A stretch of DNA of 64,000 bases, from the NCBI GenBank assembly GCA_044228445.1, contig JBGAUV010000001.1, forward strand, positions 79,827 to 143,826. The letters are read 5' to 3'. Below are positions 1 through 10,509 of this stretch, in pieces. The notes under the pieces were generated by a model. The model worked only from the letters and a program-made list of their open reading frames with translations, did not search any database and had not been told where the DNA came from. Source of the DNA: Minisyncoccia bacterium. GTDB taxonomy: Bacteria > Patescibacteriota > Minisyncoccia > Phycocordibacterales > PALSA-1337. Position 1 is the stretch's first letter. Each line of letters opens with the position of its first letter. The position numbers and the translations under genes were made by a program.

Positions 1-1
1 A

Positions 2-229
2 AAAATAGGTCTAGTAATAGGAACCGGAGGAAAAACTATTAAAGAAATAAAAGAAAAAACGGGTGTGGATGATATAAACATTGAGGATGATGGTAGTGTA
101 TATATTAAAGGTAAGAATGGCAGTGCAGAAAAAGCTAGAGATATAATAAAGATAATAACAACAGAAAGAGTAGGGGAAAAACCAAATTCTAGATATAATA
201 ATAGAGATGAACGAAGAACATCCTCTTAA
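2..229 (+). CDS. pnp: Polynucleotide phosphorylase C-terminal fragment (KH domain); 5' end lies outside the window
   Basis: The frame opening at nt 2 translates to ...IGLVIGTGGKTIKEIKEKTGVDDINIEDDGSVYIKGKNGSAEKARDIIKII... This matches the PNPase KH region (E. coli [47 protein letters not shown]). It ends at TAA 227-229, only about 25 aa after the KH domain, so no S1 domain is encoded. Confidence 0.55.
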   Translation, partial: KIGLVIGTGGKTIKEIKEKTGVDDINIEDDGSVYIKGKNGSAEKARDIIKIITTERVGEKPNSRYNNRDERRTSS

Positions 230-1685
230 TATTCTTGCTGAACAAACAGAAAAGCAAGATCCAAATAAAGTAAATAAAACAGGTAGTGCTATACCCGGTA
301 AGAATACTAGTACTGATAAAGATAAAGTTTATGTTCAACCTATAAGAACATTTGAAAGTGATGTAGCTAGAGTACTTGGACAAAATAATACATCTAAGGC
401 AAGTATGATAATTGCTGAAAAGAAAAGGAGAGATGAAATTTTGAAAAAGAATTTAAATGACATAAATACAAACAATGTTCAAAATGAACAGAATCAAAAT
501 AGAAATCAAAACTCTCAAAAATATGTAAAACCTCTTGTTCCTTTAAATAAATATGCAATATTAAGAGATGAGACCACATCTAGAGTTGAACCTGATAGAA
601 CAATCGGACCTGATCAATTTATTAAAAAAGAGGAAGTAGTACAAGATAAAGTTGAGGAACAGCAAGAAAATCCTTCATATGAAAAAGTCCAGGAACAACA
701 GGATTTTACATCTCCAGTAATTCCAATTATAAAAAGACCAGAAAATATACCTCCAAGAAATACTTTTATACCTGTACCAAAAAAAGAACCTGTAATAAAG
801 AAAGAGCAAATACCAGTTCCGATTCCAGTTCATATTCAAAAAATTCAACAAGACCCTATACAAAATATTCAAGAAATACCAGAATCAGAAAGGGTAATGA
901 TGAACTCTGGTGATTATCAAAATAATAAAATACTTAAAAAAGTTTTATTATCAATTTTTGGAATTATATTCTTAGGTGGAGGATTATATGGGGCTTATTA
1001 TTTCTATTCAAAAAGTGTAATTGCAACACCTCCTCCACCACCAAGTGCAATTAAAATACCTAGCATACTACCCAACAATAGTCAGGTTGAGATAAAGTTT
1101 GACAGCCTAACAAGTAAGGAAATTTACAATAAAATATACTCTAATCTAGAAAAGACCAGTTTGAAAGATAATGAAATAATTGAATTTATACCAAGCATAA
1201 AACAAGGTGAAAATATTATAGCAATTGATTCTGAAACCTTTATAAAGAAAACGGGTATAGATATGCCAAATCAATTATTAAGATCCCTTGGTTCAAAAAT
1301 AATGCTAGGTGGTATAAAAGATAATGATGATGGTAATGTATTATTTATAGCCTTTACTACTGACTTCTTCCAAAATACTTATGCAGGAATGCTTTCTTGG
1401 GAAAAAGGTATGCCCGATGAATTGGAAGATTTAATGAATTACAGAGGTGTTATAGAAGAAATAAATAATAATGCTTCATCTACAATTAATAATTATTTTG
1501 GAATTAGGGGAAAATTCATAGATAAACAGATTAAAAATAGAGATATTAGAGAATTTATACATGAAAGTGGAAAGAGTTTATTCTTATATACATTTATAGA
1601 TAAAAATACACTTATTATTACAAAGACAGAAAATGCTCTTGGCAAGATAGTTGAAAAGATTGAAAAACAAAATTATATAAGATAA
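207..1685 (+). CDS. Hypothetical membrane-anchored protein: Q/N/P-rich low-complexity N-terminal half, one TM helix, PPPPP linker, globular C-terminal domain
   Basis: 492-aa ORF. Hydrophobic segment KVLLSIFGIIFLGGGLYGAYYFY is followed by TPPPPPS. No recognisable catalytic motif. Confidence 0.5.
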   Translation: MNEEHPLNILAEQTEKQDPNKVNKTGSAIPGKNTSTDKDKVYVQPIRTFESDVARVLGQNNTSKASMIIAEKKRRDEILKKNLNDINTNNVQNEQNQNRNQNSQKYVKPLVPLNKYAILRDETTSRVEPDRTIGPDQFIKKEEVVQDKVEEQQENPSYEKVQEQQDFTSPVIPIIKRPENIPPRNTFIPVPKKEPVIKKEQIPVPIPVHIQKIQQDPIQNIQEIPESERVMMNSGDYQNNKILKKVLLSIFGIIFLGGGLYGAYYFYSKSVIATPPPPPSAIKIPSILPNNSQVEIKFDSLTSKEIYNKIYSNLEKTSLKDNEIIEFIPSIKQGENIIAIDSETFIKKTGIDMPNQLLRSLGSKIMLGGIKDNDDGNVLFIAFTTDFFQNTYAGMLSWEKGMPDELEDLMNYRGVIEEINNNASSTINNYFGIRGKFIDKQIKNRDIREFIHESGKSLFLYTFIDKNTLIITKTENALGKIVEKIEKQNYIR

Positions 1686-1694
1686 AATTCATAT

Positions 1695-2060
1695 ATGAAT
1701 AAAAAAGATATAGAATTTTTCAAGGATAAGCTAGAAAAAGAAAAAGCAGTATTAATAGGTGAACTAGAAACTGTAGGGCATACAGACACACATAGTGCTG
1801 GAGGATGGGAAGCTACTGCTGGAAAAATAGAAGTCGACTCTGCTGATGAAAACGAACTTGCTGATAAACTTGAAGAACTTGAGGATAATGAGGGAATACT
1901 AGACCAATTAGAAAAACAACTTGATGATGTAAACTCCGCTCTAGAAAGAATAGAAAAAGGTAAGTATGGAATATGTGAAGTAAGTGGCGAGCCTATTGAA
2001 AAAGAAAGACTTATGGCAAACCCTGCAGCTAGAACATGTATGAAACACCTTAATAAATAG
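1695..2060 (+). CDS. DksA/TraR-family C4-type zinc-finger-like regulator (degenerate: only 2 Cys retained)
   Basis: 121 aa. The C-terminus GKYGICEVSGEPIEKERLMANPAARTCMKH aligns to the DksA/TraR motif (yGyCe.CGe.I...RL.A.P.a..C..C). The N-terminal coiled coil is typical of the family. Confidence 0.5.
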   Translation: MNKKDIEFFKDKLEKEKAVLIGELETVGHTDTHSAGGWEATAGKIEVDSADENELADKLEELEDNEGILDQLEKQLDDVNSALERIEKGKYGICEVSGEPIEKERLMANPAARTCMKHLNK

Positions 2061-2081
2061 AGGTTAAACATAAATATAAGT

Positions 2082-2105
2082 AAAAACACTCGAAAGAGTG
2101 TTTTT
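2082..2105 (+). terminator. Intrinsic terminator hairpin (A5-CACTC-GAAA-GAGTG-T5), bidirectional type
   Basis: Sequence aaaaacactcgaaagagtgttttt lies 22 nt after the stop of the DksA-like gene. It has a perfect 5-bp stem with a GAAA tetraloop, flanked by an A-run and a T-run. Confidence 0.6.
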
Positions 2106-2168
2106 ACTTTATTAAAATTTCATAACTTTTTTATTATTTCTTTATCACGTTTATGATATTTTTCTTTC

Positions 2169-3695
2169 ATGGCAATATCAAAAACATATAGTGCACAATT
2201 AATTGGCTTAAATACACATATATTGAGTATAGAAGTTGATCTTTCAAATGGTCTTCATTCATTTGCAATAGTAGGTTTACCTGATAAAGCAGTGGAGGAA
2301 GCAAAAGATAGAGTATCTTCTGCTATAAAAAATAGTGGCTACGTATCACCAAAACAAAAGAATCAAAAAGTCGTAGTATCGCTTGCCCCAGCTGATATAA
2401 GAAAGGAGGGTTCGGGTTTTGATTTAGCTATAGCAATAGGATATTTATTGGCTAGTGGTGATTTAAATTTCGATTTTAGAGATAAGCTCTTTTTAGGTGA
2501 ATTATCACTTGAAGGTAAGATTAGAAAAATAAATGGTGTATTACCAATTATTAAAGGAGTAAAAAGTATGGGTTTTAAAGAGATATTTATACCGAAAGAT
2601 AATGTTAAAGAAGCTAGTTTAATAAGTGGTATAAAAATTTATGGAGTTGAAAGTTTAAATGATTTAATTGATCATTTAAATAATAAAAAGAATTGTATAT
2701 TAAAACCAGAAAAACTTACTCATATAAAATATAAAGATGAAATATATGAAACAGATTTTTCATTAATACAGGGTCAAGAAATAGCAAAAAGAGGATTACT
2801 TATATCCGCTTGTGGTGGACACAATATGGCTATGTATGGACCACCTGGAACTGGTAAAACCATGCTTGCAAAAGCATTTTTAAGTATACTACCTGATTTA
2901 AGTGTAGAAGAAATACTTGAAGTAACTAGTATACATTCAGTAGCAAAAATACTTGAATTACCATTTATAACCAGACCACCTTTTAGATCACCTCACCATA
3001 CTTCTTCATACGCTTCTTTGGTAGGTGGAGGATCTATACCACAACCTGGTGAAATTACATTGGCACATAGAGGAGTATTATTCTTGGATGAATTTCCAGA
3101 ATTTGAAAAGAATGTAATTGATTCATTGAGACAACCATTAGAAGATCACACTGTTACTATATCAAGAGCAAGAGGAAGAATATCATTTCCAGCTAAATTT
3201 ATTTTAATTGCATGCATGAATCCTTGTCCTTGTGGTTATGGTAAAGGTAAAAACTGTACATGTAGTACTAGAGAATTGATTTACTATAAGAAAAAGCTTT
3301 CGGGACCAATAATAGATCGTATTGATCTTTGGGCAAGTGTTTCAAAAGTCGAATATATGAAACTCGCCAATCCAGACAAGAAAAATATGACATCTAAAGA
3401 TTTTAGGAAAATTGTTGAGAGAACAAGAAATGTACAAATTAATAGATTTAAAAAATATAATATAAAAAATATATCACTAAATAGCGAAATGAATATTACT
3501 GATATACAAAAATGTATAAATATTGAAAAAAGTACTAAAGATTTATTATCTAGTTCTGCTGAAAGACTCGGTTTGTCGGGTAGGGCATACCATAGAACAC
3601 TTAAACTAGCTCAAACAATTGCAGATATAGAACAAAAAGATATTGTAATGCCAGAACATATACTTGAAGCATTGCAATATAGAGAAAGGGGATAG
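2169..3695 (+). CDS. comM: YifB/ComM-family Mg-chelatase-like AAA+ ATPase (competence protein ComM)
   Basis: 508 aa. It has an N-terminal Lon-like domain, Walker A GPPGTGKTMLAKAF, Walker B LFLDEF and the PCPCGY zinc motif characteristic of ComM/YifB. Confidence 0.9.
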   Translation: MAISKTYSAQLIGLNTHILSIEVDLSNGLHSFAIVGLPDKAVEEAKDRVSSAIKNSGYVSPKQKNQKVVVSLAPADIRKEGSGFDLAIAIGYLLASGDLNFDFRDKLFLGELSLEGKIRKINGVLPIIKGVKSMGFKEIFIPKDNVKEASLISGIKIYGVESLNDLIDHLNNKKNCILKPEKLTHIKYKDEIYETDFSLIQGQEIAKRGLLISACGGHNMAMYGPPGTGKTMLAKAFLSILPDLSVEEILEVTSIHSVAKILELPFITRPPFRSPHHTSSYASLVGGGSIPQPGEITLAHRGVLFLDEFPEFEKNVIDSLRQPLEDHTVTISRARGRISFPAKFILIACMNPCPCGYGKGKNCTCSTRELIYYKKKLSGPIIDRIDLWASVSKVEYMKLANPDKKNMTSKDFRKIVERTRNVQINRFKKYNIKNISLNSEMNITDIQKCINIEKSTKDLLSSSAERLGLSGRAYHRTLKLAQTIADIEQKDIVMPEHILEALQYRERG

Positions 3696-3741
3696 TTAAA
3701 TCGAGACAGCTTATTTATACAGCTTATACAGTAATGTATAT

Positions 3742-4875
3742 TTAGAAAGGATTTTTTGCTCCTCTTATTTCAAAGTGAACATGAGGACCTGTTGCATGTC
3801 CTGTTTGTCCAACCTTAGCTATCAAATCTCCTTTATCAACTGTATCTCCTAGTTTAACCATATTTTTTGAATTGTGAGCATAAAGAGTTTGTGTTCCATT
3901 ATCATGAGATATGATTATAAAACTTCCATAACCTCCATTCCAACCACCTGAAATACTTAGAATAACTTTTCCTTTTGCAGAAGCGTATATCGGAGTTCCA
4001 ACAGGTGCCGCTATATCCACTGCATTATATCCATGCAAACCCTGACTTATAGTTCCACCAATTACAGGTCTCATGTAATATCCTGGGTAACTAGGTCCAT
4101 CAGCATCATGAACTGGATTATTTGTTGCTAAACTCCCTTTAATTGGCTTTGATTTTACAGGTGTAGTTAATTCTCCATCAGGTATTAAAATAATGTCTCC
4201 TGGAATTAATTTTGAATTTATAGATATATCATTATATAAAAGGATTTCATTTAAATCTGCTTTATATTTTTTTGCTATTTCACTTACTGTATCTCCTTTC
4301 TTTACTTGGTGTCTAACACCTGAAATTGGAAGTATAACTAGGTTTTGTCCCTGTTTTAATCCTTCATTTCTATTGAGATTATTTGCCCAAACTATAGTAT
4401 TTACTGAAACTTCAAATAATTCGGCTATTTTTGATAGATTATCTCCTTCTCTCACTGTATATATGCTTATTTGAGTATTTACTACTTCATCAATATCAGA
4501 AGCTGTGCCTAAAGGACCAACTTCGGCTATTAGAGCATTTTGTGATATTGGTGCTAGTTCTAGAGTATTTAAATTGGCTTTCGGATCATTGTTTACGACC
4601 GCTTTTAGAACAGTCATGTTTTGAGAATTTTTATAACTGATATCATCACTTACTTTTGCTGAAGCCTCATTACCTAGTAAGTTATAAATAGATGAAACAA
4701 TACTTGCTGAAGCATTTAAAGGAAAAAACAGTAAACAAAGACCTATAAAAAAAGAAATAACCATCTCTCTTGAGATGACGTTTTTAAGCCATGAATTGTA
4801 TATTGCTAACAGTGGTAAAAATAACATAACGAATTTGTCATTTCGGCAATAGCTTTCGGGGTCTTTTATGACCAT
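3742..4875 (-). CDS. LysM-domain M23 family metallo-endopeptidase (peptidoglycan hydrolase)
   Basis: Two LysM repeats (GDNLSKIAELFEVSVNTIVWANNL; KKGDTVSEIAKKYKADLNEILLYNDI). The C-terminal M23 signature is HGYNAVDIAAPVGTPIYAS...GYGSFIIISHDNGTQTLYAH...GQTGHATGPHVHFEI. There is an N-terminal TM/signal segment. Confidence 0.85.
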   Translation of the reverse strand: MVIKDPESYCRNDKFVMLFLPLLAIYNSWLKNVISREMVISFFIGLCLLFFPLNASASIVSSIYNLLGNEASAKVSDDISYKNSQNMTVLKAVVNNDPKANLNTLELAPISQNALIAEVGPLGTASDIDEVVNTQISIYTVREGDNLSKIAELFEVSVNTIVWANNLNRNEGLKQGQNLVILPISGVRHQVKKGDTVSEIAKKYKADLNEILLYNDISINSKLIPGDIILIPDGELTTPVKSKPIKGSLATNNPVHDADGPSYPGYYMRPVIGGTISQGLHGYNAVDIAAPVGTPIYASAKGKVILSISGGWNGGYGSFIIISHDNGTQTLYAHNSKNMVKLGDTVDKGDLIAKVGQTGHATGPHVHFEIRGAKNPF

Positions 4876-5011
4876 TCTTTGAGTTCAGAGTGACGGTAAA
4901 TGGCTCTGTTGAGCCATCTTTATACCAGTAATTTTTCTGGTACCATAGAAGACTACTTTAGCTAGGTTCAAAAGTCAACATCTTGCCCCATCCATGATAT
5001 AGTGGTGATAC

Positions 5012-6961
5012 ATGAGTGAAAATATCCATTCAAATTTAAATTCAGAACAGAAAAAGGCTGTTGAAACTATCGGCGGACCTCTACTTATACTTGCAGGCGC
5101 AGGAGCAGGTAAAACAAAGACTATTACACATAGAATTTTAAACCTAATTAAGAGCGGAATCGCTCCGAGAGAAATACTTGCCATTACTTTTACAAATAAA
5201 GCAGCTAAAGAGATGCGCGATAGAGTTATGCACCTAATATCAACAGATAAAAGTCTTAATATACCTATATCTTTCAATGAAAAGCCTTTTGTAAGCACAT
5301 TTCACGCTTTAGGTGTCCATATACTTAAAGAAAATAGCCAAATCCTTGGTTTACCGAGACATTTCACTATATATGACCGTTCTGATTCAAAAAGGGCTAT
5401 AAAAGAGGCATTATTAGCAAGTAATATAAACCCAAAGGAATTTGACCCTGGAGCAATATTGAATGCAATTTCAAGAGAAAAAGGCGAGTCAGTTACAGTA
5501 GAGCAATATATGAGTACTAAAAAGGAATATTTCCAAAGTGTTGTTGCTCAGGTCTGGGAAAAATACGAGGCCATTTTAAATAAAGAAAAAGCTTTAGACT
5601 TTGATGATTTACTCCTAAAAACTGCAAAGTTATTAAAAAGAAATCCTGAAATTAAGCGTAAATATAATTCAATATGGAAATACATTAATATAGATGAATA
5701 TCAAGATACAAATAAAGTTCAATATGAAATTGCAACACTACTAGCAGAAGAAAATAGAAATATTTGTGTAGTTGGAGATGCAGATCAAACTATATATACA
5801 TGGAGAGGTGCAAACATTGAAAATATTTTAAATTTTGAAAAGGAATATCCAGAAGCACAAGTTGTACTTCTTGAACAAAACTACAGATCTACACAGAACA
5901 TTCTGGCTGCAGCAAACAATGTAATAAAGAAAAATATTCTTAGAAAAGATAAAAATCTATATACAAAAAATGGTGAGGGGGAGAAAATCGAATTAAATAT
6001 GGCAACAAGTGAACACGATGAAGCTAGTATGATAGCAGAAAAATGTAGAGATTTAATAAAGAATAAAGTTAATCCAAAGGAAATAGCTGTACTATACAGA
6101 ACAAATTTCCAGTCCCGCGTACTTGAAGAAGCATTTTTAAAAAAGAATGTTCCATACCAAGTTCTGGGAGTTAAATTCTTTGACAGAAAAGAAGTTAAAG
6201 ATGTTCTATCTTTTTTAAAGGCTAGCTTAAATAGAGATAGTAGTAGTGACCTAATTAGAATAATAAATGTTCCACCAAGAGGAATAGGTAAGGCTTCAAT
6301 TTTAAAAATAATTGCAGGTCAAGAAGGAGAATTAAATTCTGGAACAAAGCTTAAAGTTAGCCATTTTTTTGCTATGCTTGAAAGGATAAATAGATATGCA
6401 AAAGAAAATAAACCGAGTGAAACAATAAAATACATTTTAAAAGAAACTGGTATACAGGAAATGTATAAAGGTGGAACTGAAGAAGATGAAGAAAAACTAG
6501 AAAACATTCGCGAACTTGTAACAGTAGCAACACAATATGATAGTTTAGAAAATGAAGTTGCAATAGAAACATTTTTAGAAAATGCTTCATTAGCTAGCGA
6601 TCAAGATGAATTAAAAGAAGAACAAGACGCTGTTAGACTTATGACTGTTCACGCTTCGAAGGGTTTGGAATTTGATTATGTATTTATTTCTGGACTAGAA
6701 GAAGATCTATTTCCTCATGTCAGAATGAATGAAGAAGAAATGTCTAGGTCTGAAGAAGAAGAGGAAAGAAGACTCTTTTACGTTGCTTTAACTAGAGCTA
6801 GAAGAAAAGTATTTTTAAGTTATACTTTTATTCGATCAATATTCGGTAGAGAAAAGATAAATAAGCCTTCAGAATTCATATCTGATATTGGCGATGAATT
6901 ATTAAACCAAACAGAATATGAAAAACCTAGTGGAGTAAAAGCAATTTTTATAGATTTTTAA
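5012..6961 (+). CDS. pcrA: ATP-dependent DNA helicase UvrD/PcrA family
   Basis: 649 aa. Motif I is GPLLILAGAGAGKTKTITHRI, followed by TFTNKAAKEMRDR, the DEYQDTN motif II and a Q-motif. It is collinear with UvrD/PcrA. Confidence 0.9.
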   Translation: MSENIHSNLNSEQKKAVETIGGPLLILAGAGAGKTKTITHRILNLIKSGIAPREILAITFTNKAAKEMRDRVMHLISTDKSLNIPISFNEKPFVSTFHALGVHILKENSQILGLPRHFTIYDRSDSKRAIKEALLASNINPKEFDPGAILNAISREKGESVTVEQYMSTKKEYFQSVVAQVWEKYEAILNKEKALDFDDLLLKTAKLLKRNPEIKRKYNSIWKYINIDEYQDTNKVQYEIATLLAEENRNICVVGDADQTIYTWRGANIENILNFEKEYPEAQVVLLEQNYRSTQNILAAANNVIKKNILRKDKNLYTKNGEGEKIELNMATSEHDEASMIAEKCRDLIKNKVNPKEIAVLYRTNFQSRVLEEAFLKKNVPYQVLGVKFFDRKEVKDVLSFLKASLNRDSSSDLIRIINVPPRGIGKASILKIIAGQEGELNSGTKLKVSHFFAMLERINRYAKENKPSETIKYILKETGIQEMYKGGTEEDEEKLENIRELVTVATQYDSLENEVAIETFLENASLASDQDELKEEQDAVRLMTVHASKGLEFDYVFISGLEEDLFPHVRMNEEEMSRSEEEEERRLFYVALTRARRKVFLSYTFIRSIFGREKINKPSEFISDIGDELLNQTEYEKPSGVKAIFIDF

Positions 6962-6982
6962 TTTATAAACTTTATTAAATAA

Positions 6983-7888
6983 ATGACATTCATAGCAAAA
7001 AAATCACTCGGTCAAAATTTCTTACACTCACCTCATGCTATTGGTGCTATGGTTTTTGCTACAGAAATACAAAATGGAGATATTGTTCTTGAAGTTGGAC
7101 CAGGAAAGGGAGCATTAACCTCAAAACTACTTGAAGCAGGTGCAAAAGTTATAGCTTTCGAAAAAGACGATAGAGCAATACCATATTTGAATGATAAATT
7201 TGCTATAGAAATTAAAAATGGTCAATTAAACCTAGTCCATGGAGATATTTTGGATCTTGATATTGAAAAAAGTGAGCTTTTAAGTGGTAAAAAGTACAAA
7301 ATATCAGCCAATATTCCATACTACATAACAGGAGAATTACTTAGAAAATTCCTTCAATCAGACAACCAACCCGAAAAGATAGTAGTTATGCTTCAAAAAG
7401 AGGTTGCTAGAAGAATAATTGGGGAAGAAAGTCAAAAAACCAATGAAATAGGCCAGAAAATAATAAAAGAGAGTATATTATCTATTTCTATTAAAGTTTA
7501 TGGTGAGCCAAAATACATAACAACAGTCAGTAGAAAGCTATTTAGACCGATTCCTAATGTAGATTCTGCTATTTTGGCTATAAACAACATTACAAAAGAC
7601 TATTTTTCTCTGAATGAACAGGATTTTGAAAGAAATTCATTGAAAAATACTGAAAATATTACAAAAATTGATGAAAACGTCTTTTTTGACATTGTAAAAC
7701 ATGGTTTCGCACACAAAAGAAAGGTTTTGATAAAAAATCTACAAGAAAAAATCGATAAAGTTATACTAGAAAAGCTTTGGAATGATAAAAAATGGAGTCC
7801 AAATATGAGAGCAGAGGATATAACTGTAAATGACTGGAAAGATATAGCAATTTACTATGTTTGTTTTCCACAGAAAACAGCAAAATAA
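6983..7888 (+). CDS. rsmA: 16S rRNA (adenine1518/1519-N6)-dimethyltransferase RsmA/KsgA
   Basis: SLGQNFLHSPHAIGAMV...VLEVGPGKGALT...ANIPYYIT motifs of the KsgA/Erm family. It carries a C-terminal extension of about 40 aa. Confidence 0.85.
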   Translation: MTFIAKKSLGQNFLHSPHAIGAMVFATEIQNGDIVLEVGPGKGALTSKLLEAGAKVIAFEKDDRAIPYLNDKFAIEIKNGQLNLVHGDILDLDIEKSELLSGKKYKISANIPYYITGELLRKFLQSDNQPEKIVVMLQKEVARRIIGEESQKTNEIGQKIIKESILSISIKVYGEPKYITTVSRKLFRPIPNVDSAILAINNITKDYFSLNEQDFERNSLKNTENITKIDENVFFDIVKHGFAHKRKVLIKNLQEKIDKVILEKLWNDKKWSPNMRAEDITVNDWKDIAIYYVCFPQKTAK

Positions 7889-7918
7889 CGAATAATTTAC
7901 TTAATTTTTTGCTATAAT

Positions 7919-8842
7919 TTGAGGAGTATGCCGAATACTACCCAAATCAGGATTGGTCTTATGATAATATCTGCTGTAATTATTATTACAAGCGCTTTTT
8001 TTCTAGCCGAATATAAGAATAAAAATACTCAAAAACTATCATACGAATCAAATCTTTCAGCTACAGCAGAAAATATAGTTAGTGATCAAAGTCTTGATAG
8101 TGATCATGATGGTTTAAAAAACTGGGAAGAAGAGCTTTTAGGTACAAATAAAAGTAATCCTGATACAGATGGAGATGGTACTCCTGATGGTAAAGAAGTT
8201 GAATTACATAGAAACCCTCTCGTAAAAGGTCCAAAGGACAGCGAAAAGGATATGCAAACAAATGCTCAAAAAAATGAGAAGCTGGCACCAATAGATTTCT
8301 TTGCTAGAAACTTTTTTGCAAGATATATGGAATTAAAACAGGCTGGTGTATCAAATGATAAATCTAGCCAGGAAGAATTGGCTTTGAGAGTTATAAAAGA
8401 GGGGGTAGTACTTACACTACCAAAAGAATATTTATTAAAGGATATTTCAATAGTAAATGATAATTCAAAAGAATTTGTAGTGAAATATATAGAAAATGTT
8501 AATGAAGTATTTAGAAATAATCAAAATAGAGGAAAAGATGAAAGCCAAATAGCAAAGGAAAGTCTTGAAAAGGAAAATCCTGATTTATTAAAGGATATAG
8601 ATCCTATAATAAAAACATATAAAAATGTAATAGCTAGTTTAGTGAAAGTGAAAGTTCCGAGTGAATTATCAAATAATCATTTAAAAATGGTAAATGCTAT
8701 GAGTGGATTTTTATTTGTTGCAGAATCACTTAGAAAAACAGATAAGGATGCTTTAGTTGCTCTACAAGGGGCATCAAGACAACTGGATGCAGCAAAAGCA
8801 CTAGGGGAAAGTTTAATTTATTTAAGAAATTATCAAAAGTAA
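7919..8842 (+). CDS. Hypothetical N-terminally anchored protein with two thrombospondin-type-3-like Ca-binding DxDxDG repeats; first gene of the T4SS-like operon
   Basis: TM helix IRIGLMIISAVIIITSAFFLA. Repeats are DSDHDGLKNWEE and DTDGDGTPDGKE. Its stop codon abuts the next gene (TAAATG). Confidence 0.5.
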   Translation: MRSMPNTTQIRIGLMIISAVIIITSAFFLAEYKNKNTQKLSYESNLSATAENIVSDQSLDSDHDGLKNWEEELLGTNKSNPDTDGDGTPDGKEVELHRNPLVKGPKDSEKDMQTNAQKNEKLAPIDFFARNFFARYMELKQAGVSNDKSSQEELALRVIKEGVVLTLPKEYLLKDISIVNDNSKEFVVKYIENVNEVFRNNQNRGKDESQIAKESLEKENPDLLKDIDPIIKTYKNVIASLVKVKVPSELSNNHLKMVNAMSGFLFVAESLRKTDKDALVALQGASRQLDAAKALGESLIYLRNYQK

Positions 8843-10507
8843 ATGCTTAAAGTATTAAAAAAAATATCAATAGCAATACTTACTATATCAATAGCGTTTT
8901 CTTCTATGTTTATTGCACCAAAAACCAGCTATGCTGTATTAGGTGCTGGAGATACAGTTATAGAAGTTGGACCTAGTCTCTATCAACAAATTGCAAATAC
9001 TGTAAACAGTACAGCAACATCTCTATCTACTTATTCAATGCAATTAAAGGAATTTGTACTCGATGGTCTAGCTGTAGCTTTAACAAAACAAATAATAAGA
9101 CAAATAACAGCGAGTGTGGTTAATTGGATAAACTCCGGTTTTGAAGGAAGTCCTTCTTTTATATCAGATCCTAGTTCATTTTTTCTTGATGTTGCTGATC
9201 AAGTAACTGGTGCTTTCCTTGCAAAAGTAGGAGGACCACTTACACAACTTTGTTCACCTTTTAGTATTGATATACGTCTTGCTTTAGCTTTTAAATACAG
9301 ACCAAATATTCCAAAGAGATATACTTGTACCTTAAATACAATAATAAAAAACAGTAAAAATGCTGTAGAAGGTGCGAGTATAAATGGTTTTACAGCAGGT
9401 GATTTTAAACAGGGTGGTTGGCCTGCATTTGTAAGTTTAACTACAGAACCACAAAACAATCAAATAGGTGCATATCTTGAAGCTGATAATGAATTATCAA
9501 TAAGAGTTGCTAATGCGCAAATTGAGAAAAAAACTGAACTAAATCAAGGTAGAGGTTTCCTATCATGGAAAGAATGTAAAACTGTTCCACCTTCAAATCA
9601 AATACAAGGTTCAAATCAAGGAACAGGTGAGGGAACAACATTACCAGAAGATTCTGCAGGTAGTGGAGAAAGTTCAGTAGGTAATGCTCAAGTTTCAGCT
9701 GGAACAAAAGTCTGTACCACAAAGACTCCTGGTTCAGTTATAGAAGGTCAATTGCAAAATAGTCTAGGAGGTCCTTTACGTGAACTTGAAATTGCTGATG
9801 AAATAAATGAAATAGTAAATGCTCTATTTGCTCAACTTGTAACACAAGTTCTACAAAAAGGTCTTGCTGGTGTTAGTGGTAGTGGTGCAGGTGATAGTAG
9901 TGCATATATAAATCAAATACAAAAAGAAGCAAATGATTCTAAGATCAATAGTCAATTAGAACAAATAAGAACAGATTTATTAAAGAATATTGATACATAC
10001 ATACAAAACACAGTTCAGTATAGAGACTGGAGAAATAAATCTTTTGATATGTTCTCAAATATATTAAAAACATACGACAATGCAAAGGCTTGTTATACAA
10101 CAAAAATAAATGACACAGTACAAGTACTAAATACACATCAAAGAACAGTAGCTCAACAGATGATAGATATAATAAATGGTACAATAAATGAAATCAGACC
10201 AGATATAAATGCTAGTCTAGCTCAGAAATCTAGTGAATTATTAACAAAAGCAACTCAAGCAGATACAAGACTACAAAAGTTAAATGGAATTAAAACCGCT
10301 GCAACAAATGCAAAAACAGTAAATGAAATGAATAAACCGAGCTTAGAATATGCGGAATTACTACAAAGTCAGAGTTTAACTACAGCAAAGGATATAATAG
10401 AAGCCCAACAAGAATTCGACACATTAAGTTCTTTTGCTTCAGCTTTCCAACAAGATGCAAATAGAAGGGTACAAGAATGCCAAATATTTCCAAGTGGAAC
10501 TAGATAA
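8843..10507 (+). CDS. Secreted protein of T4SS-like operon (signal peptide; S/T/G/N-rich surface-type protein)
   Basis: The N-terminal signal peptide MLKVLKKISIAILTISIAFSSMFIAPKTSYA is followed by 520 aa with a low-complexity G/S stretch. The gene is translationally coupled to both neighbours. Confidence 0.5.
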   Translation: MLKVLKKISIAILTISIAFSSMFIAPKTSYAVLGAGDTVIEVGPSLYQQIANTVNSTATSLSTYSMQLKEFVLDGLAVALTKQIIRQITASVVNWINSGFEGSPSFISDPSSFFLDVADQVTGAFLAKVGGPLTQLCSPFSIDIRLALAFKYRPNIPKRYTCTLNTIIKNSKNAVEGASINGFTAGDFKQGGWPAFVSLTTEPQNNQIGAYLEADNELSIRVANAQIEKKTELNQGRGFLSWKECKTVPPSNQIQGSNQGTGEGTTLPEDSAGSGESSVGNAQVSAGTKVCTTKTPGSVIEGQLQNSLGGPLRELEIADEINEIVNALFAQLVTQVLQKGLAGVSGSGAGDSSAYINQIQKEANDSKINSQLEQIRTDLLKNIDTYIQNTVQYRDWRNKSFDMFSNILKTYDNAKACYTTKINDTVQVLNTHQRTVAQQMIDIINGTINEIRPDINASLAQKSSELLTKATQADTRLQKLNGIKTAATNAKTVNEMNKPSLEYAELLQSQSLTTAKDIIEAQQEFDTLSSFASAFQQDANRRVQECQIFPSGTR

Positions 10508-10509
10508 AT

